Below, piece by piece: positions 63,299 to 64,000 of a stretch of DNA of 64,000 nucleotides. The notes beneath the pieces were generated by a model. The model was not told where the DNA came from. It saw only the letters and a list, made by a program, of their open reading frames with translations, and made no database searches. Within the stretch, counting starts at the first letter, position 1, and every line of letters starts with the position of its first letter. Source of the DNA: Azolla caroliniana (lineage: Eukaryota > Plantae > Polypodiophyta); contig CM091651.1 of the NCBI GenBank assembly GCA_043228905.1, positions 62,001-126,000 on the forward strand, in the 5' to 3' direction. A program made the position numbers and the translations under genes.

Positions 63299-63675
63299 TG
63301 TAGTATTCTTTATTTTTTTTTCTATTACTCTTATTCTCCTTTCTGTGACTTCTTCTCAAACCTCGCTCTTTTTTTTAGATTGCCCATTTTTTTAGCTCGA
63401 ATCAGTTTTATTACTATCTACATTATACATACAAACATTAAAAAATTCCAACTGATTTTTTTGATAGACATAGAGCAATTAATTCGATACCAAATATCTA
63501 AAGTAAAGTGTCTAAAAGACTTATTCTTAATCATAATTTAAGAAGATGAAATAGAATAATCAATCATATGACTAAGACACTTTACTTTATAGTCTGCACG
63601 AATATCTCCATAACGATTAGTAAAGAAGAAATAGAGTTCGTCTATCTTGATATAGAATAAACGGAAAGTTTATGA

Positions 63676-64000
<325 letters not shown>

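Overview
This is 64 kb of a fern chloroplast genome, of the core leptosporangiate/polypod type. Supporting signs are psbA-trnH-ycf2 and rps7/rps12 linked to the rRNA operon, retained chlN, rpl21 and trnP-GGG, and heavy implied C-to-U and U-to-C RNA editing. The window runs from psbF/psbE through clpP, the psbB operon and the rpoA-S10 ribosomal protein cluster (LSC), then across one inverted-repeat arm, then through the SSC from ndhF to the 3' end of chlN. The IR arm (21728-42503) lies between two 10-N gaps and appears scaffolded in the wrong orientation. At least 13 in-frame stops and 14 ACG starts imply editing. The least ordinary signals are: two diverged relic copies of an unidentified protein-coding gene in the psbA-rps7 and rps12-rrn16 spacers (possible MORFFO-type mobile ORF remnants); a ~200-codon ORF that appears only after the mis-join is repaired; a direct-repeat-flanked segment between ccsA and ndhD; and two in-frame tandem arrays in ycf1.
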